Shown here: positions 1 through 14,589 of the stretch, one piece after another
Position numbering within the stretch: position 1 is the stretch's first letter
Layout of the letters: each line of letters begins with the position of its first letter
Sequence record: PP777464.1
DNA: 64,000 nt
Direction: 5' to 3' (one strand)
The notes under the pieces: generated by a model
The model's database searches: none
Told to the model about the DNA's origin: nothing
Seen by the model: only the letters and a program-made list of their open reading frames with translations
Position numbers and translations under genes: made by a program

Positions 1-2
1 CT

Positions 3-1532
3 GACAAAACTTTGATTGTTGATTTAGAAGATGGTAGTTCGTTCAATGCAACTGGTAAAGAATTGTATGATATTATCTTTGCTGAAGACAGTACTATTGT
101 ACTAAGTGCTAACGGAACACTTTTTGATAAGTCTAAGTATGGTGTAATTCCAGATATTCTTACTCAATGGTATTCTGAGCGTAAAGCACAACAAAAAATG
201 GTAATCGACTACAAACACATGTATAGTGATGGGTGGGAATTCAATGGTTCTGAGAAGGTTGAACCTTTGCTATCTAACTACACAAGTGGTACAATGTTCC
301 GTACAAACTTACATGACAATGATCCTGTTTATCTATTACGTATTGCTATTGGTAAAGGTCAATGGGAAGAAGTTGCAAAACTCATTGTGGAAAATGGTTT
401 AGTACTGAAAGATGGTCGTATTTTCTGTGCAACGGAAGATAAGAATTACTTCAAACAGCAAAGTGCATTCTGGAAACAGAACCAGCAAATTCGTAAGATT
501 CTTCTAAACAGTCTATATGGTGCACTATTGAACAAAGGTTCACGTTTCTTTGATAAGCGTTTAGGTCAGTCCGTTACCTTAACTGGTCGTTCTATGACTA
601 AACATATGGCAAGCCGTATCAATGAAATCACTACTGGCGTTTATAATCACCAAGGTGGCTCTGTAATTTACGGTGATACTGACTCCGTTTACTTCAGTGT
701 AACTCATTACCTGAAAGAACAAGGTATTCCATATAATCTTTCGAAAGAAGAAATCGTTGACATGTATATCAAAATCGGTGATGAAGTTGGTGAATCATTC
801 CCTTCATTCATGAACGAAATGTTCAATACTGGTATTGAGAAAGGTAAGATTGTTGGTGCAGACCTAGAGATGGTCGGTTCCCGTGGTCTATTCCTGAAGA
901 AAAAGCGTTATGCAATTCTCAAGTACTGGGAAGATGGTTTCCGTAAAGATGTTGATGGAAAGCCTGGTGAAATTAAAGCGATGGGTCTTGAAATTAAACG
1001 TTCAGATACGCCAAAATACATCCAGAACTTCCTAGAAGAGACTCTAATTGCATTGCTGGTGGGTGAGTCTGAAGCTCAACTTAAACAGCGTGTACGTGAC
1101 TTTAAAGAGGTATTTAAAGACATGCCTGTACACGAAAAGGGTTCACCGAAAACTGTTAAGAACTATACCAACTTAGAAGCAGAATATGAAGTTTCTGGTA
1201 AATGTAAAGTTGGTCACGTATTAGCAGGTATTCAATGGAACCGTCTACGTGAAGTATATGATGACAAAACTGTACCTGAAGTAACTGACGGTACAAAAGT
1301 AATTGTATGTAACTTAAAAGATAACCCGATGGGTATCAAAGCAGTAGGTTACCCAATTGACTGTGTGGAATATCTACCTGAATGGTTCTTAGAACTACCA
1401 TTTGATACAGAGAAAATGGAAGAAATAGTTCTAACTAAAAAATTAGAAAACATTTTTGGTATTCTGGATATGGATATTGGTATTCATGAGAAAAGCACAG
1501 CAGCCGTTAATAACGGATTCTTCACCTGGTAA
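3..1532 (+). CDS. Family B DNA polymerase (T4 gp43-like), C-terminal part; gene begins upstream of the window
   Basis: Motif B KILLNSLYG, motif C YGDTDS, and KKRYA / KAMGLEIKRSDTP; frame is open to the window edge. Confidence 0.95.
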   Translation, partial: DKTLIVDLEDGSSFNATGKELYDIIFAEDSTIVLSANGTLFDKSKYGVIPDILTQWYSERKAQQKMVIDYKHMYSDGWEFNGSEKVEPLLSNYTSGTMFRTNLHDNDPVYLLRIAIGKGQWEEVAKLIVENGLVLKDGRIFCATEDKNYFKQQSAFWKQNQQIRKILLNSLYGALLNKGSRFFDKRLGQSVTLTGRSMTKHMASRINEITTGVYNHQGGSVIYGDTDSVYFSVTHYLKEQGIPYNLSKEEIVDMYIKIGDEVGESFPSFMNEMFNTGIEKGKIVGADLEMVGSRGLFLKKKRYAILKYWEDGFRKDVDGKPGEIKAMGLEIKRSDTPKYIQNFLEETLIALLVGESEAQLKQRVRDFKEVFKDMPVHEKGSPKTVKNYTNLEAEYEVSGKCKVGHVLAGIQWNRLREVYDDKTVPEVTDGTKVIVCNLKDNPMGIKAVGYPIDCVEYLPEWFLELPFDTEKMEEIVLTKKLENIFGILDMDIGIHEKSTAAVNNGFFTW

Positions 1533-1542
1533 GGAAAATATT

Positions 1543-1683
1543 ATGATTATTGCAGACGAAACTAAACTAAAATATGACGAAGTAAATGACGTATTCTCTG
1601 ATGAATCACTGGCACTGTCTGAGGACAGTGTTAACGAGGCGTGGGAACAGTACGTTTTATGGAGTGCATCCCAAGGAGAGTAA
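1543..1683 (+). CDS. Small acidic hypothetical protein (46 aa)
   Basis: AAGGA RBS before ATG 1543; stop abuts the next gene's start. Confidence 0.6.
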   Translation: MIIADETKLKYDEVNDVFSDESLALSEDSVNEAWEQYVLWSASQGE

Positions 1684-1684
1684 T

Positions 1685-1987
1685 ATGGAAAATATCTATA
1701 AGCGTGTTGGTGCAGTACTGGAAGATAGTACTATCGTAAATTCAGTACTTGCATACAATAATGATGATGAAGTTGTTCTAATGTCTGCTGGTTTCACCAG
1801 AACTGGTTCTGTTGAAATTGACGGTGAGATTGTTGACGTCTATTCTATTGAAAAGAAACGCAAAGTTGTCATTGTTGAAGATGTTAACACGTTAAAAGAC
1901 TTAGAACATCTACGTTACAAATTCAACATTGGTGCAGGTGCAAACGCTGATAAGCCGTACCTTAAACGTTGGAACACAAAATACTGA
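1685..1987 (+). CDS. Hypothetical protein (100 aa)
   Basis: GGAG RBS before ATG 1685; phage-typical codon usage. Confidence 0.7.
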   Translation: MENIYKRVGAVLEDSTIVNSVLAYNNDDEVVLMSAGFTRTGSVEIDGEIVDVYSIEKKRKVVIVEDVNTLKDLEHLRYKFNIGAGANADKPYLKRWNTKY

Positions 1988-1996
1988 TAAAAAATT

Positions 1997-2024
1997 GAGA
2001 CAAGCATCATTCACGAGATATAAT
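1997..2024 (+). promoter_or_regulatory. Putative middle-class promoter GAGACA-N16-TATAAT
   Basis: GAGACA 1997-2002 and TATAAT 2019-2024; same geometry at nine other sites. Confidence 0.65.
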
Positions 2025-2091
2025 GGTGCTTGTAGTAATCTGAAGCATACAAAAACATTTTTGATTAACAAATAAAACGGAGAATTATATA

Positions 2092-2823
2092 ATGGATCTA
2101 CGCAACGTACTACGTGACCTAGTTAACACTACCAACGGCATCGACTTTTCTTGTATCGCAGTTAGCAGTGAAGACCGTGGTGATGGACAGCGTGTTTACA
2201 TGGAAGCATACACCGATGACCGCACCCTAGTTATGCGTGCTCACACTAAAGAAGACGTACCAGAAGTTCAAGGTCGTTTTGGTCTTGGTAACCTAGGTCT
2301 TCTACAGGGTCTAATGTCTCTAAAAACTTATAGTACTGAAGGAACTACTATCACTTCTAACTTGAAAGATGGTGCAGTTAAGAGCCTAGCATTCAAAGCA
2401 GAAGATGCAAGTACTACTTTCATGGTTCAACCAGAAAAACTAATTCCAGCCCAGCCTCGTTTCCACGAACAGCCATATGACGTACAGGTTACACCTAGTG
2501 CAGCTAAAGTTCAGGAACTAAAAAGCTTCTCTGGTGTGTTTAAATCTTTCAGTTCTCTAGTAACTCCATACACTGAAGGTGATACTCTTTACTTCCACGT
2601 TGGTGAGAAGAACAAAAGTAACCACGTTGGTGCACTAGCATTCTCTAAAACTGAAGGTGAACTAGGTCTTGGTTTTGGTTATAACATTGACCGTGTTCTA
2701 CAAGCTCTATCCCGCGTTTCTAACGCAGAATCTGTTACCCTTGGTATTACCAAAACTGGTATGCTAAACGTAACTCTAGACACTGGTATTGCGGTATACA
2801 AGATTTACGTAACAGGTTGCTAA
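2092..2823 (+). CDS. Probable sliding clamp (gp45-like)
   Basis: 243 aa, two-domain alpha/beta pattern, FGLGNLGLLQGLMSL resembles gp45 FGIYDLNGFLGILSL; lies next to the polymerase. Confidence 0.65.
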   Translation: MDLRNVLRDLVNTTNGIDFSCIAVSSEDRGDGQRVYMEAYTDDRTLVMRAHTKEDVPEVQGRFGLGNLGLLQGLMSLKTYSTEGTTITSNLKDGAVKSLAFKAEDASTTFMVQPEKLIPAQPRFHEQPYDVQVTPSAAKVQELKSFSGVFKSFSSLVTPYTEGDTLYFHVGEKNKSNHVGALAFSKTEGELGLGFGYNIDRVLQALSRVSNAESVTLGITKTGMLNVTLDTGIAVYKIYVTGC

Positions 2824-2831
2824 TATAAATA
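2824..2831 (+). promoter_or_regulatory. T4-type late promoter TATAAATA
   Basis: Exact T4 late consensus in the intergenic gap. Confidence 0.6.
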
Positions 2832-2833
2832 AT

Positions 2834-2859
2834 GGGGAACATGGAGTTCCCCAAATTTT
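2834..2859 (+). terminator. Hairpin / intrinsic terminator
   Basis: GGGGAAC-ATGGA-GTTCCCC followed by AAATTTT; near-identical copy at 46514. Confidence 0.55.
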
Positions 2860-2890
2860 TGATTTAAAAATAAGTAAAGGAAGACAAAAA

Positions 2891-3097
2891 ATGCCATTAT
2901 ATACATATCGTTGTGAAAAAGAAGAATGTAAACACAGTTTAGAAAAGATTGTAAAAATTGCCAATCGTGAAGAACCTCATGATTGTCCTCAATGTAATGG
3001 TGAAAAGACTATGAAGTTGGAAGTTTTTACCCCTGGTGATAAAGGTGCAAATCTTTATTTCCGTGGTAAATGGTTTGCAAACACTGGAGGTTACTGA
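2891..3097 (+). CDS. FmdB-family zinc-ribbon protein
   Basis: MPLYTYRC..C and CPQC zinc-ribbon signature. Confidence 0.85.
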   Translation: MPLYTYRCEKEECKHSLEKIVKIANREEPHDCPQCNGEKTMKLEVFTPGDKGANLYFRGKWFANTGGY

Positions 3098-3098
3098 T

Positions 3099-3401
3099 AT
3101 GAAAATTAAAATGATTAACGATTATGTACTGGTTCGTCAAATTGAAGCACAGAATAAAAGTACTGGTGGTATTATCCTAGGAAACGTGGAACCACCATGT
3201 GTTGGTATGGTGATTTCAGTTGGTGAAGGTAAAGTACTACCTAATGGGCAAATTGCAGAACATAATATTTGTGTTGGTGATATGGTTGTATTCGGTCGTT
3301 CATCACTAAACACTCCTATCACTGAAGATCTTGGTGGTGGTGAAGACACATATTATGTGATGAAAATTGAAGAAATTTTTGGTAAGAAATCAAATGGCTA
3401 A
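3099..3401 (+). CDS. groES: GroES-like co-chaperonin (copy 1)
   Basis: DYVLVRQIEAQNKSTGGIIL...VISVGEG...VGDMVVF. Confidence 0.9.
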   Translation: MKIKMINDYVLVRQIEAQNKSTGGIILGNVEPPCVGMVISVGEGKVLPNGQIAEHNICVGDMVVFGRSSLNTPITEDLGGGEDTYYVMKIEEIFGKKSNG

Positions 3402-4119
3402 AAAAAGGTTTATTCCTTTCTGGATGGTCCCCGCTCATTGGGGACTTTCTGGTAAAGCGAAAGAGATTGCGAAAGCATACTACTATAACGATGATTATGA
3501 AGCTGATATGTTAGTTGCAGAACTTACATATCTAACACCATATGAAGTTGATGTAGCACAGTTGGATATCAAAAAGAAATACAATGTATTAGAAACTCTT
3601 GATTATCTAATAGCACAGGCAGATGTACAATTGAAGTATTCCAAGATTACCCGTGATGAGTATAATGTAAAATTACTTGATGCTAAATTAAGTACTGGTG
3701 CAATTACTCAAAAAGAGTATGATATGGAAGTAATCGAACTAATGCCTGATGGTGATGACAAACGTCTTAAAGCTATCGAGTTTGCATATCGTTATGAAGA
3801 GATTACACAACAAGAGTATTCAAAGGAAATCTTTACTTTACGTAAAGAACCTTGGATTGATTTGGATGTAGTACTTAATCCAGAAACAAATGAAGTTGAA
3901 TTTGTTTTTGATTATAATGAATACTTTTGGAAAAAGTTAAAAGCGGAAGGTCATCCAGGTAATGACGAAGAAGAAATTATTGACAACTTCGTTAGAGACA
4001 TGGGGCGTAAACTAGCTACGGATGATTTCAGTGATGATTATGACGTAAAGCTAGTGAATGCGAACGAAGGGTTAGAGAATCTACCTGGTTTACCTGAAGG
4101 GTTCCGTTCATACAAATAA
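3394..4119 (+). CDS. Hypothetical acidic protein (241 aa)
   Basis: Long ORF overlapping the groES stop; ends at a terminator. Confidence 0.75.
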   Translation: MAKKRFIPFWMVPAHWGLSGKAKEIAKAYYYNDDYEADMLVAELTYLTPYEVDVAQLDIKKKYNVLETLDYLIAQADVQLKYSKITRDEYNVKLLDAKLSTGAITQKEYDMEVIELMPDGDDKRLKAIEFAYRYEEITQQEYSKEIFTLRKEPWIDLDVVLNPETNEVEFVFDYNEYFWKKLKAEGHPGNDEEEIIDNFVRDMGRKLATDDFSDDYDVKLVNANEGLENLPGLPEGFRSYK

Positions 4120-4150
4120 AAAAAGGAGAGCAAAAGCTCTCCTTTTCTTT
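4120..4150. terminator. Bidirectional intrinsic terminator
   Basis: AAAGGAGAG-CAAAAG-CTCTCCTTT between convergent genes, flanked by A and T tracts. Confidence 0.85.
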
Positions 4151-4163
4151 TATCTTTAATTTA

Positions 4164-4853
4164 TTAAACCATCGCTGGGATGAATTTGAATAGTTTGATA
4201 CCGAAGTCACCAGCAGCATCAGCAGCTTGGGAACGTAGAACAACTTCAGTAACACCATCTTTAGCGAGTAGTGGAACTGCGGTTAGGTCATCAATTAGTA
4301 GACGGCCTTCTTCGATCTCAGTACTTGGAACGCCTTGGAAAGATTGAATATCTTTATCAAATACGTTAGCACGTTCAACGAGGAAAGTAACTACTGAAGC
4401 ACTAGCGATATCAACAGACCCAACACTTAGGATACCGTCAGCAGCGTTGGTAAAACCAGTAACTGCAAATGGCTCAACGTCGTTGCCAGCGATTTCGGAA
4501 GTAGCTATGATAACTGCACGTTGTTGAACAACATCAACGATACGTTTAACGTTAGTTTGTGCAGCGTAAGCAGCGTTATAATCAGCTTCTAGAGTTGCTG
4601 CTTCAAATGGAGTACCATCGATACGGATGATACCTTTTTCGTTTAGATATGCAACGATTTCATCAGCTACGTCAGTGTTTAGGAAACGTTGTAGACCAGC
4701 GAAAGAACCAACTGCACCAGTAACACGCACGTTAACATTACCAATTTTACTAATTGCGATAGATGCTAGGGCGTTTTTACCACAGAAGTAACCTAGAATT
4801 TTATCAAAGGAATAACCATTGATACGTTCAAAAGAAGTATTAGTATTAGACAT
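4164..4853 (-). CDS. Putative virion structural protein, paralog of 4869..5468
   Basis: Shares QQRAV..TS and TF.(V/C)ER..VFDK with its neighbour; highly biased codon usage; downstream of late promoters. Confidence 0.7.
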   Translation of the reverse strand: MSNTNTSFERINGYSFDKILGYFCGKNALASIAISKIGNVNVRVTGAVGSFAGLQRFLNTDVADEIVAYLNEKGIIRIDGTPFEAATLEADYNAAYAAQTNVKRIVDVVQQRAVIIATSEIAGNDVEPFAVTGFTNAADGILSVGSVDIASASVVTFLVERANVFDKDIQSFQGVPSTEIEEGRLLIDDLTAVPLLAKDGVTEVVLRSQAADAAGDFGIKLFKFIPAMV

Positions 4854-4868
4854 ATTGTAGTCCCCCTA

Positions 4869-5468
4869 TTATAGTTGTACTGGTAGAGCAGCACGAACTT
4901 TAATTGCAACAGCGTCAGCCGCAGCAGCATCACCAACACCATCAGTACCTAGAGCAACATAAGATTTGGTACGGAAGAATTTAGCTTGTGCAATTGCTTT
5001 AGCTAGTTCAACAGTTGGGTCAACTGGAACAGAGTAAGCAGCACCTGGACGAACTTCTTGTTTGTCAAATACGTCTTGACGTTCACAGATGAAGGTTAGA
5101 GCAACAGAACCAGCACCACCTGTAACATCAGCACCACTAGTACCAAACGCGATTACGTTACCACCAACGGTTTTAAAGTCAGCAGGGATAACAACAGCGG
5201 TGTCTAGAGCTAGTACGGAAGTAGTAACTAGAACTGCACGTTGTTGTAGTAGTTGGGTAATCATGAATTGGTTGTATTGAGCATTACTGATTGCAGTTTG
5301 TAGTGCTTCATCTTGAATTTCGGAACCGTCAGAAGTAACAGCGGTAGTACCAACTTCAACATCTGCTGGTAGATCAACAACGATGGTTACGAAACCATTG
5401 TTACCACCCCAGTATTCACGAGCAGTAGCAGACATACCATAGTTACGGTTAAAAGAATTAAGACTCAT
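4869..5468 (-). CDS. Putative virion structural protein
   Basis: GGAG RBS, tandem GATAAATA late promoters upstream, paralog of 4164..4853. Confidence 0.7.
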   Translation of the reverse strand: MSLNSFNRNYGMSATAREYWGGNNGFVTIVVDLPADVEVGTTAVTSDGSEIQDEALQTAISNAQYNQFMITQLLQQRAVLVTTSVLALDTAVVIPADFKTVGGNVIAFGTSGADVTGGAGSVALTFICERQDVFDKQEVRPGAAYSVPVDPTVELAKAIAQAKFFRTKSYVALGTDGVGDAAAADAVAIKVRAALPVQL

Positions 5469-5510
5469 AAAAATCTCCTTGTCAAATTTTGTGCAGGAAC
5501 ACCCTGCTTA

Positions 5511-5588
5511 ATATTATTTATCAAAAAATATAAACCACATTTAAATTTAAGGCAATATTCCCTGATCTCTATGATATTATTTATCAAA
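5511..5588 (-). promoter_or_regulatory. Tandem late promoters (GATAAATA x2) within a duplicated 15-mer
   Basis: ATATTATTTATCAAA at 5511-5525 and 5574-5588 (+ strand), reading TTTGATAAATAATAT on the minus strand. Confidence 0.65.
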
Positions 5589-5591
5589 TCT

Positions 5592-10922
<5,331 letters not shown>

Positions 10923-11009
10923 GTAAATTGTTGATGAGTCAACGAAGACAAATCAACGTTAATAGCCCGTTAAAACTTAACAAACAAACTAATGACAAGG
11001 AAGCCCAAT

Positions 11010-12059
11010 ATGCAAACTCTAGCTGAAATTCGTGCAAAACTAAAAGCTGAACAAGAAAAAGCAGAAGCACAGAAGAATGGTACATTTACAGGTGAACGTA
11101 AAGCCGATTCTTTCCTAGCTTTCTGGAATGTCCCTTACAATGAACCACTAAACCTACGTTTTCTACCAGATGCTGATGAGTCTAACCCATTCTTCTGGCG
11201 TGAACGTGATATGATCAACCTAACGTTCCAAGGTATTGTTGGTATGCACACCGATAAAGTTACCGTTCAAGTACCATGTAACGAAATGTGGGTTCCTAAA
11301 TCATGTCCAATTCTTAAAGAAGTACGTCAATGGTTCCAAAGTGCGAATGAAACTGGAAACGAAGAACTGAAAGCAATGGCTGGTCGTTACTGGAAAAAGA
11401 AAACCTATCTAATGCAATGTTTCGTTGCTCCTGATAGCGTAGCAGTAAAAGACGATATTGCTCCAGAAAACCCAATCCGTCGTATCCTAGCTAACAAAGA
11501 TATCTTTGATAAAGTTAAATCTATCCTGTTAAACCCAGGCATCAAAGAACTACCAACTCACTACATTCACGGTCGTGACTTTGGTATTGTTAAAACTAAG
11601 AATGGTGGTGGTTACAATAGCTATGACATGTCTCAATTCTCCATGTCCGAGCGTCCACTCAATGAAGAAGAACTGGCAGCGATTGAAAAGTTTGGTCTAT
11701 ATAATCTAAATGATTTTATGCCAAAACAACCAACTCCAGAAGAACTAAAAGCTATCGAAGAAATGTTCGAAGCATCTGTTGATGGTAAACCTTATGACCC
11801 TGCACGTTGGGCTTTCGCTTACCGTCCAGCAGGTGTACAAAAACCAACAACTGGTACTATTAGTGAAAACAAACCTGCTCCACAAGCTCCAGTACAACAA
11901 CCTGCTCCTGCACAAACTCCTGCACCGCAAGCACCAGTAGCTACTCCTACTCCTGCTGCTGAACCAGTAGCTGCTGCACCAGCACCAGTAGCTGAAGCTC
12001 CAAAAGAACAACTTTCTGCATCTGCACTAGTTGCTCGTTTGAAACAACAAGGTAAGTAA
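11010..12059 (+). CDS. Single-stranded DNA-binding protein (gp32-like) with a Pro/Ala-rich tail
   Basis: LRFLPD...FFW, VPC...CPI, YWKKKTY; start set by AAGGA RBS (alternative start 10992). Confidence 0.85.
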   Translation: MQTLAEIRAKLKAEQEKAEAQKNGTFTGERKADSFLAFWNVPYNEPLNLRFLPDADESNPFFWRERDMINLTFQGIVGMHTDKVTVQVPCNEMWVPKSCPILKEVRQWFQSANETGNEELKAMAGRYWKKKTYLMQCFVAPDSVAVKDDIAPENPIRRILANKDIFDKVKSILLNPGIKELPTHYIHGRDFGIVKTKNGGGYNSYDMSQFSMSERPLNEEELAAIEKFGLYNLNDFMPKQPTPEELKAIEEMFEASVDGKPYDPARWAFAYRPAGVQKPTTGTISENKPAPQAPVQQPAPAQTPAPQAPVATPTPAAEPVAAAPAPVAEAPKEQLSASALVARLKQQGK

Positions 12060-12076
12060 TAGTATTTGAAAAGTTA

Positions 12077-12104
12077 AGGGGCAACGGAGTTTGCCCCGTT
12101 TTAT
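12077..12104 (+). terminator. Intrinsic terminator
   Basis: GGGGCAA-CGGAGT-TTGCCCC followed by GTTTT. Confidence 0.7.
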
Positions 12105-12128
12105 TTCATAAAATTCAAGGAGCGAATT

Positions 12129-13247
12129 ATGAAAATGACAAGTGGTTTTGCAAACATTCTAAAAAATAGTACTGGTAGCGTTAAAAAGAATACTGGTGTT
12201 AGCGTAGGCTTTCATGATCCTGATACATGGATTAGTACTGGTAACTTTGCTTTGAACTATCGTATTAGTGGTTATTTTGACCGTGGTATTCCACTAGGTA
12301 AAGTAACCATGTTTGCTGGTGAATCTGGTTCTGGTAAATCATTTATCGTTTCTGGAAACATCGCCCGTGAAGCACAACAACAAGGTATCTTTGTTGTTAT
12401 GATTGATTCCGAGAACGCATTGGATTCAGATTGGCTACAAGCACTAGGTGTAGACACTTCAGAAGAAAAACTACTAAAAGTAAACATGGGTATGATTGGT
12501 GATGTTGCTAAATTTACCTATGAGTTCATCGAAGGGTATCGTAAAGAATACGAAAATACTCCTAAAGAAGAACGTCAAAAAGTATTATTCATTATCGACT
12601 CAATTGGTATGTTGAATACTGAAGTTGCTAATGACCAGATGAAAGCTGGTAACTTGAAAGGTGATATGGGTCACAAACCTAAACAGCTTAAAGCTTACAT
12701 CACCAACTGCGTAAACTCGATTGGTTCACTTAACATTGGTATGGTTTGTGTAAACCATAGTTATGAATCCCAAGATATGTTCAACCCTGATCCAAAAGTA
12801 TCTGGTGGTAGTGGTTTGATTTATGCATCTTCTATGGTTATCGCAATGGGTAAACTAAAACTTAAAGAAGATGAAGAAGGCAACAAGACTTCAGATGTAA
12901 GTGGTATTCGTTCTAAATGTAAAGTCATGAAGACTCGTTACAACAAACCATTTGAAGATGTTGAGATTAAAATTCCTTGGGATAAAGGTATGGACCCACG
13001 CAGTGGTCTACTAGATATGTTCGAGAAATATGAACTTATCGTTAAATCTGGTAACCGTCTAATGTACGTTGATATTGACACTGGTGAACAGATTCTAAAA
13101 TATCGTAAAGAATGGATGCGTAACGAAGATTCTTGCCTTGATTTAGTTATGAATCAATTCAAACGTCACCCTTTGATTGAAGAAGTCAAAGAAGAAGAAA
13201 AAGGTGATGAATCATTTGGTACTGATATTGGAAGTAGTGAGGAATAA
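12129..13247 (+). CDS. uvsX: RecA/UvsX-like recombinase
   Basis: STGN..LN, Walker A GESGSGKS, IDSENA, FIIDSIG, VSGGSGLIYASS. Confidence 0.95.
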   Translation: MKMTSGFANILKNSTGSVKKNTGVSVGFHDPDTWISTGNFALNYRISGYFDRGIPLGKVTMFAGESGSGKSFIVSGNIAREAQQQGIFVVMIDSENALDSDWLQALGVDTSEEKLLKVNMGMIGDVAKFTYEFIEGYRKEYENTPKEERQKVLFIIDSIGMLNTEVANDQMKAGNLKGDMGHKPKQLKAYITNCVNSIGSLNIGMVCVNHSYESQDMFNPDPKVSGGSGLIYASSMVIAMGKLKLKEDEEGNKTSDVSGIRSKCKVMKTRYNKPFEDVEIKIPWDKGMDPRSGLLDMFEKYELIVKSGNRLMYVDIDTGEQILKYRKEWMRNEDSCLDLVMNQFKRHPLIEEVKEEEKGDESFGTDIGSSEE

Positions 13248-13708
13248 TGAAACCTTGGCATTGGATCATCAAAGATGATAAATCTAAAATAATCGACATG
13301 ATTGAACACTTCGAAAAAGAAACTGAAGAAGCTCGTCGTGAAGTTAAAAAGATTGGCATCATTGAAAAGATTGCTCAGGAGATTCCAGGCTGGCATGAGA
13401 CTCGTCTCAGTCAGCTTCAAGAACTAGAAGCGGTACTTGAAATGCTAGAAATTGAAATGCGTCAACTACAAGCTGAAAAGTTTAAATATTTCCTTGAAGC
13501 ATATCGTCGAGCACTATCATCTTCTGACTGTAAAAAGTATGTTGAAGGTGATAAAGAAGTTTGTGAATTATCAGAACTAATAAATGAAGTATCATATATC
13601 CGTAATACGTTTTCCAGTATTGTTAAATCCTTAGAGATGAAAGCTTTTCAGTTAAACAATATTGTGAGACTACGTGCTGCTGGTATTGAAGATGCACGTT
13701 TAGAATAA
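13247..13708 (+). CDS. uvsY: UvsY-like recombination mediator
   Basis: Helical 153 aa protein after uvsX; KKYVEGD and C-terminal FQLNNIVRLRAAGIED. Confidence 0.7.
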   Translation: MKPWHWIIKDDKSKIIDMIEHFEKETEEARREVKKIGIIEKIAQEIPGWHETRLSQLQELEAVLEMLEIEMRQLQAEKFKYFLEAYRRALSSSDCKKYVEGDKEVCELSELINEVSYIRNTFSSIVKSLEMKAFQLNNIVRLRAAGIEDARLE

Positions 13709-13716
13709 CTATCCAT

Positions 13717-13741
13717 AAGGACGCATTACGCGTCCTTTTTC
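13717..13741 (+). terminator. Intrinsic terminator
   Basis: AAGGACGC-ATTAC-GCGTCCTT followed by TTT. Confidence 0.75.
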
Positions 13742-13755
13742 TATGCGAGAATAAA

Positions 13756-14574
13756 ATGACAAAATTAGATGAGTTCCTATCAAACGTATCAGTACTAGAC
13801 ACAGAAACAACTGGAGTTGAAAGTGAAGATGATATTATCGAATTTAGTATTTCATATCCTCATAATGCTCATGAGAATATTGATACCATCGATAACTATA
13901 CTTTACGTTACAAACCACTAAAAGATATACCACCAGAAGCAAGTGCAGTTCATTTCATCAGTACTGAAGATGTAGCAAACTGCATTGGTTATAAAGATGA
14001 CTTAGAAAACATCGACGCACTCATGGGGTGTCGTGATTATTTTATTGGACACAACGTTCAATTTGACCGCCGAATGATGGTAGATAACGAATATAAATAT
14101 CGTAACTCAGTTTCGCAGTACTTGCTCGATGAAGATAAATGGATTTGTACCCTTCGTTTAGCTAAGAAGATGTTTGCAGAAGACACTGAATTCAAAAACT
14201 TAACTCTAAGTTATTTGTGGTATAAATTTGGTTGCTATCGTGATGTACATCGTGCAGTCAATGCTCACGCAGCAAAAGATGACGTGTTTATGTGTTATCA
14301 AGTTCTAATCAAATTGATTGAAGTTGCGATTGAACGTGGACATATTGACCCTAATGGTGACATTGGTGAACAAATCGTAACATTCTGTAATACACCAATG
14401 CGTTATAAATTCATGCCATTTGGTAAACACAAAGGCGAATCAATGGAAACTGTTCCATTGAACTATATTGAATGGATGATTACTAACAGTGATATTCTTG
14501 ATGCAAGTAACCCAAACTGTGATAAAGATTTAGTATATACATTTGAGTACGAATATAATACTCGAACTAATTAA
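13756..14574 (+). CDS. DEDDh 3'-5' exonuclease (DnaQ/ExoX-like) with a C-terminal PFGKHKG domain
   Basis: VLDTETTG, IGHNVQFD, AHAAKDD; FMPFGKHKG...YIEWM. Confidence 0.9.
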   Translation: MTKLDEFLSNVSVLDTETTGVESEDDIIEFSISYPHNAHENIDTIDNYTLRYKPLKDIPPEASAVHFISTEDVANCIGYKDDLENIDALMGCRDYFIGHNVQFDRRMMVDNEYKYRNSVSQYLLDEDKWICTLRLAKKMFAEDTEFKNLTLSYLWYKFGCYRDVHRAVNAHAAKDDVFMCYQVLIKLIEVAIERGHIDPNGDIGEQIVTFCNTPMRYKFMPFGKHKGESMETVPLNYIEWMITNSDILDASNPNCDKDLVYTFEYEYNTRTN

Positions 14575-14589
14575 TAAAGGTATTCATGG

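Noticed and set aside
190-480. Long insertion in the polymerase fingers as an intein or novel domain
   Set aside because: No splicing motifs, and T4-like polymerases already have long variable fingers.
11870-12000. Nucleotide tandem repeat or VNTR
   Set aside because: Low-complexity Pro/Ala coding (CCA/GCT/GCA) without a fixed period.
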